64,000 nt of DNA, from contig DATDPG010000187.1 of the NCBI GenBank assembly GCA_035292885.1, positions 857 to 64,856 on the forward strand, read 5' to 3'. The notes beneath the pieces were generated by a model, which did not search any database, was not told the DNA's origin, and saw only the letters and a program-made list of their open reading frames with translations. Both the position numbers and the translations under genes were made by a program. Source of the stretch: Bdellovibrionota bacterium (lineage in GTDB: Bacteria; Bdellovibrionota_G; JALEGL01; DATDPG01). Below are positions 28,330-39,598 of the stretch, piece after piece. Each line of letters starts with the position of its first letter. Positions within the stretch are counted from its first letter, which is position 1.

Positions 28330-28739
28330 AAACGCTGACCGAGTACCTTTATTTTCATACCAAGAAGCACCGCGAATACATCCGAATCACGGACCCGGTC
28401 GAGGAGATCGTCCGGAAAAGCGGCGTGCACGAGGGGTTCGTCCTCGTTTCCGCGATGCACATCACGGCGGGTGTTTACGTCAATGACGCGGAAGACGGTT
28501 TAATCGCCGACATCGACGAATGGGTCGAGAAGCTGGCTCCGTTTCGTGAAAATTATCGCCACCATCGGACCGGGGAAACCAACGGGGACAGCCACTTGAA
28601 GAGTTTGCTGATCGGACATGAGGTCATCGTTCCGATTACAAAAGGGGAACTCGACCTGGGCACCTGGCAGCAGATTTACTACGCCGAGTTCGACGGCCGG
28701 CGGAAAAAGAGGCTGATTGTGAAAGTGATGGGGGAATGA
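28326..28739 (+). CDS. yjbQ: YjbQ/UPF0047-family protein (secondary thiamine-phosphate synthase-like)
   Basis: '[23 protein letters not shown]...[15 protein letters not shown]...[21 protein letters not shown]' is a typical YjbQ. ATGA overlap with the upstream gene. Confidence 0.8.
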   Translation: MKTLTEYLYFHTKKHREYIRITDPVEEIVRKSGVHEGFVLVSAMHITAGVYVNDAEDGLIADIDEWVEKLAPFRENYRHHRTGETNGDSHLKSLLIGHEVIVPITKGELDLGTWQQIYYAEFDGRRKKRLIVKVMGE

Positions 28740-28757
28740 ACGTGGCCCGCCATACGC

Positions 28758-30941
28758 TCATCCTCTCACGCGAGCCGGGCGTTCTTGGGCGATCCGCCGG
28801 TCACGGGCACGCTCGTGGGCCGCGGCGGCTTTAATGAAGTTCGGGTGAAGACGAACGGCCTGGGCGTACGACTTCTCCGCCCGTGACCAATTGCCGAGAT
28901 AAGCAAAAATCTCTCCCCGAAAGTATCGTAAGTGAGGATCGGCGGGCTCGTGTTGGATCGCATCTTCCAGTAGTTCAGAGGCGCGCTGCAGGTGTTCCTT
29001 CGGATCCTTCGTAAAGAGCGCCCATGCGAGATACCCTCGAAGACTCGAATCGTCCGGATACTGTTTGAGCGCGGCCTCGAGAAGGCGTACGGCCTCTTTC
29101 ACTTTCCCCTGTTCCAGTGTTTGAACGCCGCGCAGAAGATATCGCTCGATATCAATCTGCGAGTCCCGGCCCGCCCCTGACGGTTTGCTGCCTCGGCGGG
29201 CATAGATCTGGCGTAAACCGGGATCCCTGAGCGTGTCATAGGCTAAGCGAATCCAGGAGGCGATTTGGGCGGCCTGTTCGCACGCCTCGGGATCTTCCAA
29301 ATTTTCGATCAAAGTGGAGGAATAGGGCGCCGTGCACGCCACATAAGCCCGCATAAGCTCGGCCTCATTAGCCGTCGGACGAACGCCGAGAATCTCGTAA
29401 AAATCGAGAGATCGAAGGCGCTTGTGATCCTCTCGTATCCGCCGCTTGAGCGTCTCCATCGCCTGCTCGCTTAAAGCGGGGGCGGCGGCCTGTTTTCTTG
29501 ATACACGGGCCGCGGTTTCCTTTGTAGGTTGCGCGAAGTCCAGCGCCGCCCATCCCGCCAGGATCAGAGCGAAAATATCCGGGAGCAGAAGATCGACCGA
29601 CTCTTTAAATTCAGCGCTGATTTCCAACAACGATCGCGATTCGGCGATTAAACGAAGAAGTCGAAGAACGCGCGGCGGTATAGGAGCATCCGCGGAGGGC
29701 GAACTCACGCGGCGGATCCGACTCTCCGGCGCCAGGCCCATCCAGGAGCGAATCAGGGGCGGATCGTACCAGCGGCGAATCCCGGAAAAGAGGATATGGA
29801 ACGTCCGAAGAGGAAAAATCGAGATCGAAGCGGGCCATTCGGTGACCGTGGAGAACATGAACTTGCCGTCGAACCAGGGAAACGTGTGGATCAGTTTCTC
29901 CTCATGATGTTCGATCAGCGCTTCGGCCAAGGCCGCGCCATCGATCCAGCCGTTCTTGATCAGCACTTCTCCGTAGCGCAGGTCACTTTCCCCGACCTCA
30001 CGCATCGACGCCTCCCAAGCGTCCAGGGAGATTTTCTCCTTCTGAACAAGATAATATCCGAGCTTATCGGTGCGGCCGTTCGATTCGACAAAGATGGGCT
30101 GACCCTGTTTCAGATAAACGGACGTCTTCAATTCCCGAAATTCCAGGCGGAGCAATCCGGTGGCCCGCTTACGATGGAGGTCCAAGAGAATCTCGGGAAC
30201 CAAGTAATGTCCCAGCGATCCGGAGAACGGAATTTCCTTCACCTGTCGCCGTTCAGGCGTGCAGCGGTGGACTTCCAGTCGGTGAAGGTATTGTTCAATC
30301 GCCGCTTTAGCCTCGGGGACCAGATCGACGAACTGCACGCCAACCCCGGGCGCCCGTCCCACTTCCAGCGCCTTTTGCGCACTCATCAGATAAGCGATTC
30401 GTCCCGTGACTTCGATGGGGTCCGGCACGCCGGGAATTTCGAGTTTGGCGCGGATCGGTGTGTTGGGCTTCAAATGGGTTTCCGTTGCTAAATACATCCC
30501 GCCTCGGCTCAGATTTTGGATGTATTCGGTGAGAAATGCCCCTTGGGATTCGAACGAAACCCGGTGATACACGTCGAAACGCTCCTCACTCGGTCGATGA
30601 GCTTCGGCCGCCTGCGAGCGCAACCGATGCACGAGCTGGAGATATTCGGCGGAGGCCGCAGCCAGGGAGATTCCCATCCCCCCGGGACATTCCACACCGT
30701 CGTCGATCCGTTTGGAGAGGCTCCAGACGACCGTCCCCTGAACGCTGACGACCTGCTTTCCGGAACCCACCGTCAGTGACAGCTCCGATCCCAGGCTTAA
30801 GATTCGATCGGATTGAACAAAGAGCCCTACTTCCGAGAGATCGAGAATCACTCCACGCTGACTTACTCCGCCCACTTCGAAGCGGACCACCATCCGGTGT
30901 TTGATTCGTTTGGATCGTCGACGATCTTTTGACGCCGTCAT
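28758..30941 (-). CDS. multidomain PilZ - PilZ-like - DUF4388 - degenerate J-domain - TPR protein (c-di-GMP effector candidate)
   Basis: 'RRSKR...DLSEVG' gives the PilZ RxxxR/DxSxxG motifs. 'ATGLLRLEF...VYLKQGQPIFVES' fits DUF4388. 'DFYEILGV' is J-domain-like but lacks HPD. TPR repeats at the C-terminus. Confidence 0.7.
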   Translation of the reverse strand: MTASKDRRRSKRIKHRMVVRFEVGGVSQRGVILDLSEVGLFVQSDRILSLGSELSLTVGSGKQVVSVQGTVVWSLSKRIDDGVECPGGMGISLAAASAEYLQLVHRLRSQAAEAHRPSEERFDVYHRVSFESQGAFLTEYIQNLSRGGMYLATETHLKPNTPIRAKLEIPGVPDPIEVTGRIAYLMSAQKALEVGRAPGVGVQFVDLVPEAKAAIEQYLHRLEVHRCTPERRQVKEIPFSGSLGHYLVPEILLDLHRKRATGLLRLEFRELKTSVYLKQGQPIFVESNGRTDKLGYYLVQKEKISLDAWEASMREVGESDLRYGEVLIKNGWIDGAALAEALIEHHEEKLIHTFPWFDGKFMFSTVTEWPASISIFPLRTFHILFSGIRRWYDPPLIRSWMGLAPESRIRRVSSPSADAPIPPRVLRLLRLIAESRSLLEISAEFKESVDLLLPDIFALILAGWAALDFAQPTKETAARVSRKQAAAPALSEQAMETLKRRIREDHKRLRSLDFYEILGVRPTANEAELMRAYVACTAPYSSTLIENLEDPEACEQAAQIASWIRLAYDTLRDPGLRQIYARRGSKPSGAGRDSQIDIERYLLRGVQTLEQGKVKEAVRLLEAALKQYPDDSSLRGYLAWALFTKDPKEHLQRASELLEDAIQHEPADPHLRYFRGEIFAYLGNWSRAEKSYAQAVRLHPNFIKAAAAHERARDRRIAQERPARVRG

Positions 30942-30948
30942 GTCGGCA

Positions 30949-32970
30949 TCATCCCGTCATCACGGAGCGCTTTTGAAGGCGCAAAATCTTGTCTCGAAGC
31001 TCGGCAGCCTGTTCGAATTCCAAGTTCTGGGCGGCCTTAAACATCTCTTTACGGAGCTTTTCCACCATCGACGTGACATTTTCAAGGGGAATATATTCCT
31101 CGGATGGCTCGGCGGCTTTCGCGAAATCCACGTAGTCGGCCTCATACACGGCCGCCATCGGCGAATGTATTATCCGCTCGATCGTCGCCGGCGTAATGTT
31201 GTTCTCTTGGTTGTAGCGAGCCTGTATCTCGCGCCGTCGTTGCGTTTCGTGGATCGCTTTTTGCATCGATTGCGTGACCTGATCCCCGTACATGATCACC
31301 CGCCCACGGACGTTTCGAGACGCCCGGCCGAAGGTCTGGATTAACGAAGTGATGGACCGGAGAAAACCTTCTTTGTCGGCATCCAAAATAGCCACAAGAG
31401 AAACCTCCGGAAGATCGAGCCCCTCGCGCAATAAGTTGATGCCGACCAACACGTCGAATTTCCCGAGGCGCAGGTCGCGAAGAATCTCCACCCGCTCGAG
31501 CGTATCGACGTCGGAGTGGAGATATTCCACTTTCACGTTCAGTTCCCGATAATAGTCCGTCAGATCCTCCGCCATTCGCTTGGTGAGCGTCGTCACCAGA
31601 ACCCGTTCATTTCGCTCGACCCGTTTGCGTATCTCACCCAACAAATCGTCCACTTGTTGCGTGGCCGGGCGGACTTCGAGTTCCGGATCCGTAAGTCCGG
31701 TCGGTCGGATAATTTGCTCAATCACCTCCCCTTTCGTGCTCTTCAGTTCATAGGGTCCGGGCGTCGCCGATACGAACACGGTCCTCTTGGGAAATGCCTC
31801 GAACTCTTCAAACGTCATCGGGCGATTGTCCAGGGCGGAGGGGAGGCGAAAACCGTATTCCACCAATGTGCTCTTGCGGCTGCGGTCCCCTCGAAACATT
31901 CCGCCGATCTGAGGGATGGTGACGTGGCTTTCGTCGATGACGCAAACGAAATCTTTGGGGAAATAATCCAGGAGCGTCGGCGGCCGCTCGCCGGCGGCAG
32001 CCCCGGTCAGATGCCGGGTGTAATTTTCAATTCCCGAACAAAAGCCCATTTCCTCCATCATTTCGATATCGAACAGCGTGCGCTGCTCCAGACGCTGGGC
32101 CTCGAGCAATTTGTTTAAGCTTCGAAGCTCCTGCAATCGCCCGCGCAACTCGTCTTGGATACTCTGAATGGCCCGCCGGAGCTTGTCTTTTGGGGTCACG
32201 TAGTGAGTTCCGGGATAGACCGCCGCACTCGGCAATTCGCGAATTGACTGGCCGGTCAGCGGATCGAATTCCCTTATTTTCTCGATTTCATCGCCGAAAA
32301 AGGAAATCCGGAGGGCCCGTTTCTCTTCGTGCGACGGAAAGATCTCCACGACATCGCCCCGTACACGGAACGTGCTCCGCGTGAATTCATAGTCGTTTCG
32401 CTGGTACTGAACGTCGACCAGGCTGCGAAGAAGGGCGTCCCGTTCCATCTCCTCGCCGACGTTCATCGAAACCAATTGTGCCTTGTACTCCTCGGGACTG
32501 CCCAAGTTGTAGATGCAGGATACGGACGCGACGACGATCGTGTCGGGCCGCGTGAGAACGGACCTCGTCGCCGAGTGGCGCATCTTGTCGATTTCATCGT
32601 TGATTCGGGCGTCTTTCTCAATATACGTGTCGGTCGTCGGAACGTAGGCTTCAGGCTGATAATAGTCGTAGTAGCTGACGAAATATTCGACGGCGTTCTC
32701 CGGGAAAAAATTCCGGAATTCGTTGTAGAGTTGCGCCGCCAGCGTTTTGTTCGGAGCGATGATCAGAGCGGGCTTCCCCGTCTGAGCGATCATGTTCGCC
32801 ACGGTGAACGTCTTGCCGGAACCGGTCACTCCGAGAAGAACTTGATACGGTTTGTTCTCACCGAGACCGGCCACCAGCGAATCAATCGCTTCCGGCTGAT
32901 CCCCTTTCGGCACGAAATCGGTGGTAAGCCGAAAAGGGCTGTTCCCGTTATTCAACTTCTTTGGCGTCAC
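30949..32970 (-). CDS. uvrB: excinuclease ABC subunit B
   Basis: Walker A '[10 protein letters not shown]', helicase motifs and the C-terminal UvrB/UvrC interaction domain. Confidence 0.9.
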   Translation of the reverse strand: MTPKKLNNGNSPFRLTTDFVPKGDQPEAIDSLVAGLGENKPYQVLLGVTGSGKTFTVANMIAQTGKPALIIAPNKTLAAQLYNEFRNFFPENAVEYFVSYYDYYQPEAYVPTTDTYIEKDARINDEIDKMRHSATRSVLTRPDTIVVASVSCIYNLGSPEEYKAQLVSMNVGEEMERDALLRSLVDVQYQRNDYEFTRSTFRVRGDVVEIFPSHEEKRALRISFFGDEIEKIREFDPLTGQSIRELPSAAVYPGTHYVTPKDKLRRAIQSIQDELRGRLQELRSLNKLLEAQRLEQRTLFDIEMMEEMGFCSGIENYTRHLTGAAAGERPPTLLDYFPKDFVCVIDESHVTIPQIGGMFRGDRSRKSTLVEYGFRLPSALDNRPMTFEEFEAFPKRTVFVSATPGPYELKSTKGEVIEQIIRPTGLTDPELEVRPATQQVDDLLGEIRKRVERNERVLVTTLTKRMAEDLTDYYRELNVKVEYLHSDVDTLERVEILRDLRLGKFDVLVGINLLREGLDLPEVSLVAILDADKEGFLRSITSLIQTFGRASRNVRGRVIMYGDQVTQSMQKAIHETQRRREIQARYNQENNITPATIERIIHSPMAAVYEADYVDFAKAAEPSEEYIPLENVTSMVEKLRKEMFKAAQNLEFEQAAELRDKILRLQKRSVMTG

Positions 32971-34355
32971 TTAGTGTCCGATATCCGCCAGGTCGTGCCT
33001 TCCGGACTGTCTTCCACAATCACGCGCAGCGCCTTAAGTTCATCTCGAATTCGGTCGGCGCGTTGAAAGTCCTTCGTCCGCCTGGCTTCGGCCCGCTGGG
33101 CGATGAGCGATTCGATCTGGGGACGATCAAAATCCGCCTTCCCGGGAATCGACTGGAAGTACGATTGCGGGTCGTCCTGCAGGAGTCCCAGGACGTTGGC
33201 CAGGCGAATCACCGTGGCCCGGAGAGCCATGGCTTCCGCCACGGTTTCCGCTTTCTGCTGGAGCCGATTGGCTTCCTTTACGGCGTCGAAAAGCACGGCA
33301 ATCGCTTTCGCCGTATTGAAATCGTCATCCATTGCTTCCCGGAACGGCCGGGCATATTTCTCGGCGGAAGAACCTTCCCGAACGTCTTCGGGTATCGCAA
33401 GCAGCACGCGGTACATTCGATCCAATCCCTTCGCCGCTTCTTCGACCGCACCGTCGAAAAAATCGATGGGCGAACGGTAATGGCTCGACAACAGGTAGAG
33501 GCGCAACGCTTCGGGATGGTACTTGGCCAATAAACTCTTGAGCGTGACGATATTTCCCAACGACTTCGACATCTTTTCTTTGTTCAGATTCACGAACCCG
33601 TTGTGAAGCCAGTATTTCGCAAACGGCTTTCCATGTGCGGATTCCGACTGAGCGATTTCGTTTTCGTGGTGCGGGAAAATCAGGTCCCGCCCGCCCGCGT
33701 GAATGTCGATCGACTCCCCCAGTAATTTTTCCGCCATCGCCGAGCATTCGATGTGCCAGCCCGGTCTTCCGGCGCCCCAAGGGGACGGCCAGGAGGGCTC
33801 ACCCGGTTTGGCTCCCTTCCAGAGGGCGAAATCGAGGGGATCCTTTTTGTGCTCGCCCGGCTCCACACGAGCGCCGGCTTCTAAGTCCTCGACATCCTTT
33901 TTCGAGAGCTTTCCGTACGCTTCGAACGATGGAATCGAGAAATAAACATCGCCGCCCGCCGCATACGCCTTGCCTTTCTTCACCAGTTTTTCAACCATGC
34001 CGATAATTTCGGGCATCGTCTCCGACGCCAACGGCTCTTCGTCCGGTTCAAGCAATCCGAGCGCGGCCATGTCCTCGTGAAAAGATTTCGTGTACCTCGA
34101 CGCCACGGCACCGAAAGGGAGTTTCTCCTCGTTTGATTTCCGAATGATCTTGTCGTCGACGTCCGTAATGTTCCGAACATATCGAACCGAAAGGCCGGAA
34201 AACCGAAGGTAACGAACGATTGCGTCGTACGAAATATAGGCGCGGCCATGGCCGATATGCGCGTGGTCGTACACGGTCGGACCGCACACGTACATCGTGA
34301 CTTTTCCGGCCACGAGCGGCTCAAAAGGCTCGATTTTGCCGGAGAACGTATTCAT
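32967..34355 (-). CDS. cysS: cysteine--tRNA ligase
   Basis: '[17 protein letters not shown]' (HIGH) and 'KMSKSLGN'. The start is chosen at MNTFSGK (34355); the six-frame ORF extends to 34463. Confidence 0.9.
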   Translation of the reverse strand: MNTFSGKIEPFEPLVAGKVTMYVCGPTVYDHAHIGHGRAYISYDAIVRYLRFSGLSVRYVRNITDVDDKIIRKSNEEKLPFGAVASRYTKSFHEDMAALGLLEPDEEPLASETMPEIIGMVEKLVKKGKAYAAGGDVYFSIPSFEAYGKLSKKDVEDLEAGARVEPGEHKKDPLDFALWKGAKPGEPSWPSPWGAGRPGWHIECSAMAEKLLGESIDIHAGGRDLIFPHHENEIAQSESAHGKPFAKYWLHNGFVNLNKEKMSKSLGNIVTLKSLLAKYHPEALRLYLLSSHYRSPIDFFDGAVEEAAKGLDRMYRVLLAIPEDVREGSSAEKYARPFREAMDDDFNTAKAIAVLFDAVKEANRLQQKAETVAEAMALRATVIRLANVLGLLQDDPQSYFQSIPGKADFDRPQIESLIAQRAEARRTKDFQRADRIRDELKALRVIVEDSPEGTTWRISDTK

Positions 34356-34490
34356 TAGGCGGAGCACGGCCCTATGGTATCTGGATTTCATACCGAAAAA
34401 AACACGATGCGGTCGTGGTTTAAGAGCGCGGAGATTCGATCGTCCCGACAATTGTAGTAACAAGCCAATATCTCAGCTAAAACGTGGGGA

Positions 34491-36746
34491 ATGCGGGCGC
34501 TGGCGGGACTAAATCCGGAGCAAGAAAAAGCGGTTAAACGCGTCGACCGCCATCTCTTGGTCGTGGCCGGCGCGGGTTCGGGGAAAACCCGCGTGTTGAC
34601 GCACAAGATCGCCTATTTGATTGAAGAGTGCGGCATATCCCCCTCTTCGATCATTGCGATGACGTTTTCAAACAAAGCCGCGCAGGAGATGGCCGAGCGC
34701 GTCCGGCTCCTGCTCCCCACGTACGAGCAGCCTCGTTGGGTGGGAACGTTTCACTCCACGTGTCTCCGGATCTTAAAAGAATTTTCCGACCCCATCGGCC
34801 TTCCGCATCAGTTTTCGATCTACGACGAGACCGATCAGCTCGTCGCCGTCAAACGGGCCGTCACGGAACTCAATTACGACCCCAAACGGATCTCGCCGAA
34901 ATTAATCCGGTATCACATTGACCGGGCCAAGAACGAAACGGGAGATGTTCTCAAATACCTCGTAGAACATTCGGGCCTTTCCAACCAGGCGCTTCATGTG
35001 GTGGAGCGCTATGAAAACCTGTTGCGGGAGAACAGCGCGCTCGACTTCGGATCGCTCCTTACCGAAATGGTCCGCGCGCTCCGCGACCATTCCGAAGTAG
35101 CCGAAACTCTTCGCCGACGCTGGCGGCACATCTTGATCGACGAGTACCAGGACACAAATCGAATCCAGAAAGAATTGGTCCATCTTCTGGCCGGAACGTC
35201 GGGAACGGTCTGCGCCGTGGGGGACGAAGATCAGTCGATTTACGGCTGGAGAGGCGCCCGAGTCGAAAACATTTTGGAATTCGAAGACGATTTCCCCGGC
35301 GCCGAGCTGATTAAATTGGAACAGAACTATCGTTCGACCAAGAAGATCCTGGCCGTCGCGAACCATGTGATTTCGAACAACATCGGCCGGCGGGGAAAAC
35401 GGCTCTGGACGGAGAACGATGAAGGGGCGGCGGTCTCCTTTTATCACGCCCCGGACGACCACGCCGAAGCGGCTTTCGTCCTGGAAAAAATCGACGAAGC
35501 GGTCCGGGACGGAGCCGTGGAAGCGCGAAACGTGGCGATCTTTTACCGCACACACGTGCAATCCCGGCTTTTGGAAGAGGAGTGCCGCCGGCACAGTCAA
35601 CCCTATGTCGTTTTCGGCGGCGTCCGGTTTTACGACCGCGCGGAAATCAAGGACACGTTGGCGTTTCTGAAATTGGCCCTCAATCCGATGGACATCGTCT
35701 CGTTCCTGCGCGTGATCAACACTCCTTCCAAAGGGATCGGCGAAAAAACCCTCGAACAGTTGGCCGCGGAGGCCCGGGAGAGAAAGCTTTCGCCCGTGGA
35801 CACGATTCCACATTTTGGGGGCCGCGGCAAAGCCTCGGAAGCCCTGAAAGAATTCCACGCCTGGTTCACGCCCTTTCGGGACAAGGCGGCCACGCTTTCC
35901 CCGGCGGAAGCGGCGGATATCGTTCTGACGAAGAGCGGCTACATCAAAGCTCTGGAAAAAGAAGGAACGATCGAGGCGGAGGCGCGAATCGAGAATATCG
36001 AGGAGCTGCTCCGTTCCATGGAAGAATTCAGCGAAAACACGGGAGAAAATCTCGCCACCTATTTGGATCGTATATCCCTCTACTCGGATATGGATAAGTA
36101 CGATCCAAACGCCGACCACGTGACGATGATGACGATGCACAATGCAAAAGGGCTGGAGTTCGATCTCGTTTTCGTCGTCGGTATGGAAGAGGGGATTTTC
36201 CCGCATCAGCGCTCGATTGACGAGGGGGACCCGAACGAAGTCGAGGAGGAACGCCGGCTCTGTTACGTGGCGATGACACGCGCCCGGAAACAGCTACTGC
36301 TGACCGCCGCGCACCGGCGCAGACTCTATCACTCAACGCAGTTCAACCCGGTGTCCCGGTTTATCGGCGAGATTCCCGCAAACTTGATCGTCGAAATTCA
36401 GGAACAAAACATAGACGCGCGGCCCGTTTACGGCTCCCAGCGTGTCCATCTCGGCGTTCTCCCGAAACGCAAAGTTCGAACCGCGCCGTTCGACGAGTTT
36501 CGGCAGGAGTCGTATGACGACGACTTCGGCACGGCCCGAGACGCTTGGGGAAAAGCGGCCCTGAAGGCCGAAGCAGGTTCCCCCTACGCACCCGGTACGC
36601 GGGTTCTTCATCCCGACTTCGGCGTGGGAACGATTCGAAAACGCGAAGGCAACGGCAACAACCTGAAATTGACGATTCAGTTCCAGCGGGCCGGTCTGAA
36701 GAAACTCATGTTAAATTATTGTTCACTGGAAGTGATCGACCGATGA
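34491..36746 (+). CDS. UvrD/PcrA/Rep-family ATP-dependent DNA helicase
   Basis: 'LLVVAGAGSGKTRVLTHKIAYLI' Walker A and all SF1 helicase motifs. 751 aa. Confidence 0.85.
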   Translation: MRALAGLNPEQEKAVKRVDRHLLVVAGAGSGKTRVLTHKIAYLIEECGISPSSIIAMTFSNKAAQEMAERVRLLLPTYEQPRWVGTFHSTCLRILKEFSDPIGLPHQFSIYDETDQLVAVKRAVTELNYDPKRISPKLIRYHIDRAKNETGDVLKYLVEHSGLSNQALHVVERYENLLRENSALDFGSLLTEMVRALRDHSEVAETLRRRWRHILIDEYQDTNRIQKELVHLLAGTSGTVCAVGDEDQSIYGWRGARVENILEFEDDFPGAELIKLEQNYRSTKKILAVANHVISNNIGRRGKRLWTENDEGAAVSFYHAPDDHAEAAFVLEKIDEAVRDGAVEARNVAIFYRTHVQSRLLEEECRRHSQPYVVFGGVRFYDRAEIKDTLAFLKLALNPMDIVSFLRVINTPSKGIGEKTLEQLAAEARERKLSPVDTIPHFGGRGKASEALKEFHAWFTPFRDKAATLSPAEAADIVLTKSGYIKALEKEGTIEAEARIENIEELLRSMEEFSENTGENLATYLDRISLYSDMDKYDPNADHVTMMTMHNAKGLEFDLVFVVGMEEGIFPHQRSIDEGDPNEVEEERRLCYVAMTRARKQLLLTAAHRRRLYHSTQFNPVSRFIGEIPANLIVEIQEQNIDARPVYGSQRVHLGVLPKRKVRTAPFDEFRQESYDDDFGTARDAWGKAALKAEAGSPYAPGTRVLHPDFGVGTIRKREGNGNNLKLTIQFQRAGLKKLMLNYCSLEVIDR

Positions 36747-37585
36747 AAGAACAGTGGATCTGCTCGGGTTGCGGGCACAAGTTCAAGCCGAATCCCTGGC
36801 AAGCCGATGTCCAATGCCCTCGCTGCGGATCGCTGGTCGATGAGCCTCCGCCGCCGGACGAGAGTGAGACGCCGACAAACGTCCGTCCGAAGAGAGATAT
36901 TCCACGTCCTCCGCCCAAAGAACCTCCGATCCCGAACGAAATTCGCGAATTGGACGAGCTGAGTGCTTACGATTCCGTCCGCCCGGTCCTATCCAAAATG
37001 CCATCGCTCGGTTCCAAGACGGAGATCGCCCCGGAAGGTCAATTCGACAAATCTCCGCACCCATCGGAGAAAACCACGGTGGATTTGGGTGAGCCGGAGC
37101 CTCGGGAAGAAGGAACCGCCGTTCGCCCCCCGGATGCGCAAGCCGCGGGCGCACAAACGCCGCTTCCCGTGCAAGAAGGGTCCCCAAGAACGGAATTCGT
37201 CTTGCCGCCGTCGCCTGTACAAACTCTCGCCCATGCATTCGGACCGACGCTCATCGCCTGCGCCCTTTTTCTTGCCTGGGTGGTCTACGACAAAGTTTTT
37301 CGCCATACGCCGCCACCAACACAGCCCACGCCGGAGGCACCGGTGATGCAAACGAACGACGTGGAACCGCTTCTCCTGGAGGCGATTCGAGCGATTGAGG
37401 ATGGCAACACCGACGGAGCCCGGCGGCTATTGGACGAGGCGATCCACAAGAATCCCCAATCCGCTCTGGCGCGCGAACTCAAAGATTGGCTGACGCCGTC
37501 CAGCGAACCCGAGAGCGCGCCTTCTTCACCCGCCCCCGAAGAATCGCCTCTCCCAGACTCCGACAGTTCGGCTCCGGAAGAATGA
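36743..37585 (+). CDS. zinc-ribbon / proline-rich / transmembrane protein with a C-terminal helical (TPR-like) domain
   Basis: 'CSGCGHKF...CPRCGS' ribbon, Pro-rich region and one transmembrane helix. ATGA overlap with the helicase stop. Start taken at MKEQ (36743). Confidence 0.55.
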   Translation: MKEQWICSGCGHKFKPNPWQADVQCPRCGSLVDEPPPPDESETPTNVRPKRDIPRPPPKEPPIPNEIRELDELSAYDSVRPVLSKMPSLGSKTEIAPEGQFDKSPHPSEKTTVDLGEPEPREEGTAVRPPDAQAAGAQTPLPVQEGSPRTEFVLPPSPVQTLAHAFGPTLIACALFLAWVVYDKVFRHTPPPTQPTPEAPVMQTNDVEPLLLEAIRAIEDGNTDGARRLLDEAIHKNPQSALARELKDWLTPSSEPESAPSSPAPEESPLPDSDSSAPEE

Positions 37586-37899
37586 TCCTTGTGAGTGATC
37601 TCTATGGGAACTCCAGGCTTGTTTCCAGGCGATGATTCAACTCCTCAAAAAGCACGCCCATTTCTCGCTTGGACGTTTCGATGGTCTCCGCCGCTTGCTT
37701 ATCGATGTAATTGGTGAGGTCACACGCGTCGAGCCCCAAGCATCTGGACCAGGAGTTTCAAAAAACGCCCTTCCAGCCGGCCGGTGAGCATTCGATTTTT
37801 TCGTCCACAATGAATGCCACGAATTCCTGCTTTCTCCCTTCTCCTACGTCAGGGCGGCGGTTGTTGGCAAGACGTCTGAATCTGGTACTCTGCGCCGCC

Positions 37900-39597
37900 A
37901 TGAAAAACCTTCTTCTTTTCTCGACGATCCTGGGATTTTCCACGACCTTCGCATTCGCTGTACAGACCTATCGGCCGAGCAACGACGCAAAAAAAGCGGC
38001 GCAGACCATTCAGGCCGACACGATTCTCGGCCCTACCCGTTTTTTGTCCAGCGATCTGCTGGAGGGGCGCGCGCCGGCTTCCAACGGCGACCATCTCGCT
38101 CAGCAATATATCGCCTCTCAGTTTGAGGCCGAAGGACTCAAGCCGGCGGGACCCAACGGTTCCTGGTTTCAAGAATTCGATCTGGTCGGCGTCACGTCAG
38201 GCGCACCCAAAATCATCCACTTTCAAAACAAATCTAAGACCTTGTCTCTAAAATATTCCACGGACTATATGGGCGTCTCCGGAATCCAAAGTGAAACAGC
38301 CAGTGTAAAAAGCGCCGAACTTGTCTTTGTCGGATACGGAATCGTCGCACCCGAGTATGGCTGGGATGATTTTAAGGACGTCGACGTCCGGGGAAAAATA
38401 CTACTGATGATGAACAACGATCCTTCGTCGGACGACAAGCTGTTCGCCGGAAAGACGAGACTCTATTACGGCCGGTGGACGTACAAATATGAAATCGCCG
38501 CCGCGAAGGGGGCCGCGGGCGCCATCATCATTCATACGCATGAGTCCGCGGGTTACCCGTGGCAGGTCGTACAGACCTCCTGGGCCGGTGAACAGTTCGA
38601 ACTTCCGCACGAAGGAGGCCCGACGACGGTCTTTAACGCATGGGCCACGGAAGATTCCGTGAAGAAACTTGTCGCGCTTTCGGGAAAGAACCTCGACGAA
38701 CTTCGTGCGGCGGCCGAGAAAAAGGACTTTCGACCCGTGCCGCTGGGAACCACGTTTTCCGTTCAAATGAAGAACGTCCTTCACAAAACGAAGACGGCAA
38801 ACGTCCTCGGCATTCTGACCGGATCCGACCCCGAACTTTCAAAAGAAGCGGTCGTTTACATGGCCCATCACGATCACCTCGGCAAAAAGGCTGGGGCCAA
38901 ACCGGGAGAGGACACGATTTATAACGGCGCACTCGACAACGCGAGCGGCGTGGGGGCCCTTTTGGCGCTCGTCCGCGCATACAACTCTCTGTCCGAACGT
39001 CCACGAAGATCGATTCTCTTCGCCGCCGTAGGCGCCGAAGAGGCCGGGACGTTGGGATCCGAATATTTGGCGCACCGCCCTGTTATCGAACCGGGCCGCA
39101 TGGCGGCCGTGATTAACATGGACGGCATTTCCATTTGGGGCGCTGCTTCCGACCTCACGATGGTCGGAAAAGGGAAATCGACGCTCGATACCGAAGTCGA
39201 ATCGATCGCCAAAATGCAGGGCCGGATCGTTAAACCGGATCAATTCCCGGACCGGGGCTACTACTACCGATCGGATCATTTTAGTTTGGCCAAGATCGGG
39301 GTTCCGGCGGCTTACTTCGACGCGGGAATCGACATCCTCGGCAAACCGAAGGGTTGGGGAAAGGAACAGATCGAAAAGTGGGAGGACACGCACTATCACC
39401 AACCGAGCGATGAAGTCCGGCCGGACTGGGATTTGAGCGGCGCCGTCCAGGACATCCAGCTCAATTTTTATCTCGGCTACGAAGTCGCCCAGGCCAAGGA
39501 GATGCCACGCTGGAATCCGAACGATGAATTCGAGGCCGTGCGATTGGAAGCGTTGAAGAGAATCGCGACCCAGAAGGGAACCACGGTCCATAAGTAG
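37900..39597 (+). CDS. M28-family metallopeptidase with PA domain (secreted aminopeptidase)
   Basis: Signal peptide 'MKNLLLFSTILGFSTTFAFA'. M28 motifs 'AHHDHLG', 'NGALDNASGV', 'GAEEAG' and 'HQPSDE'. Confidence 0.8.
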   Translation: MKNLLLFSTILGFSTTFAFAVQTYRPSNDAKKAAQTIQADTILGPTRFLSSDLLEGRAPASNGDHLAQQYIASQFEAEGLKPAGPNGSWFQEFDLVGVTSGAPKIIHFQNKSKTLSLKYSTDYMGVSGIQSETASVKSAELVFVGYGIVAPEYGWDDFKDVDVRGKILLMMNNDPSSDDKLFAGKTRLYYGRWTYKYEIAAAKGAAGAIIIHTHESAGYPWQVVQTSWAGEQFELPHEGGPTTVFNAWATEDSVKKLVALSGKNLDELRAAAEKKDFRPVPLGTTFSVQMKNVLHKTKTANVLGILTGSDPELSKEAVVYMAHHDHLGKKAGAKPGEDTIYNGALDNASGVGALLALVRAYNSLSERPRRSILFAAVGAEEAGTLGSEYLAHRPVIEPGRMAAVINMDGISIWGAASDLTMVGKGKSTLDTEVESIAKMQGRIVKPDQFPDRGYYYRSDHFSLAKIGVPAAYFDAGIDILGKPKGWGKEQIEKWEDTHYHQPSDEVRPDWDLSGAVQDIQLNFYLGYEVAQAKEMPRWNPNDEFEAVRLEALKRIATQKGTTVHK

Positions 39598-39598
39598 C

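Noticed and set aside
34902-36206. 434-aa minus-strand ORF
   Set aside because: It lies wholly antisense inside the UvrD-like helicase, which carries all SF1 motifs.
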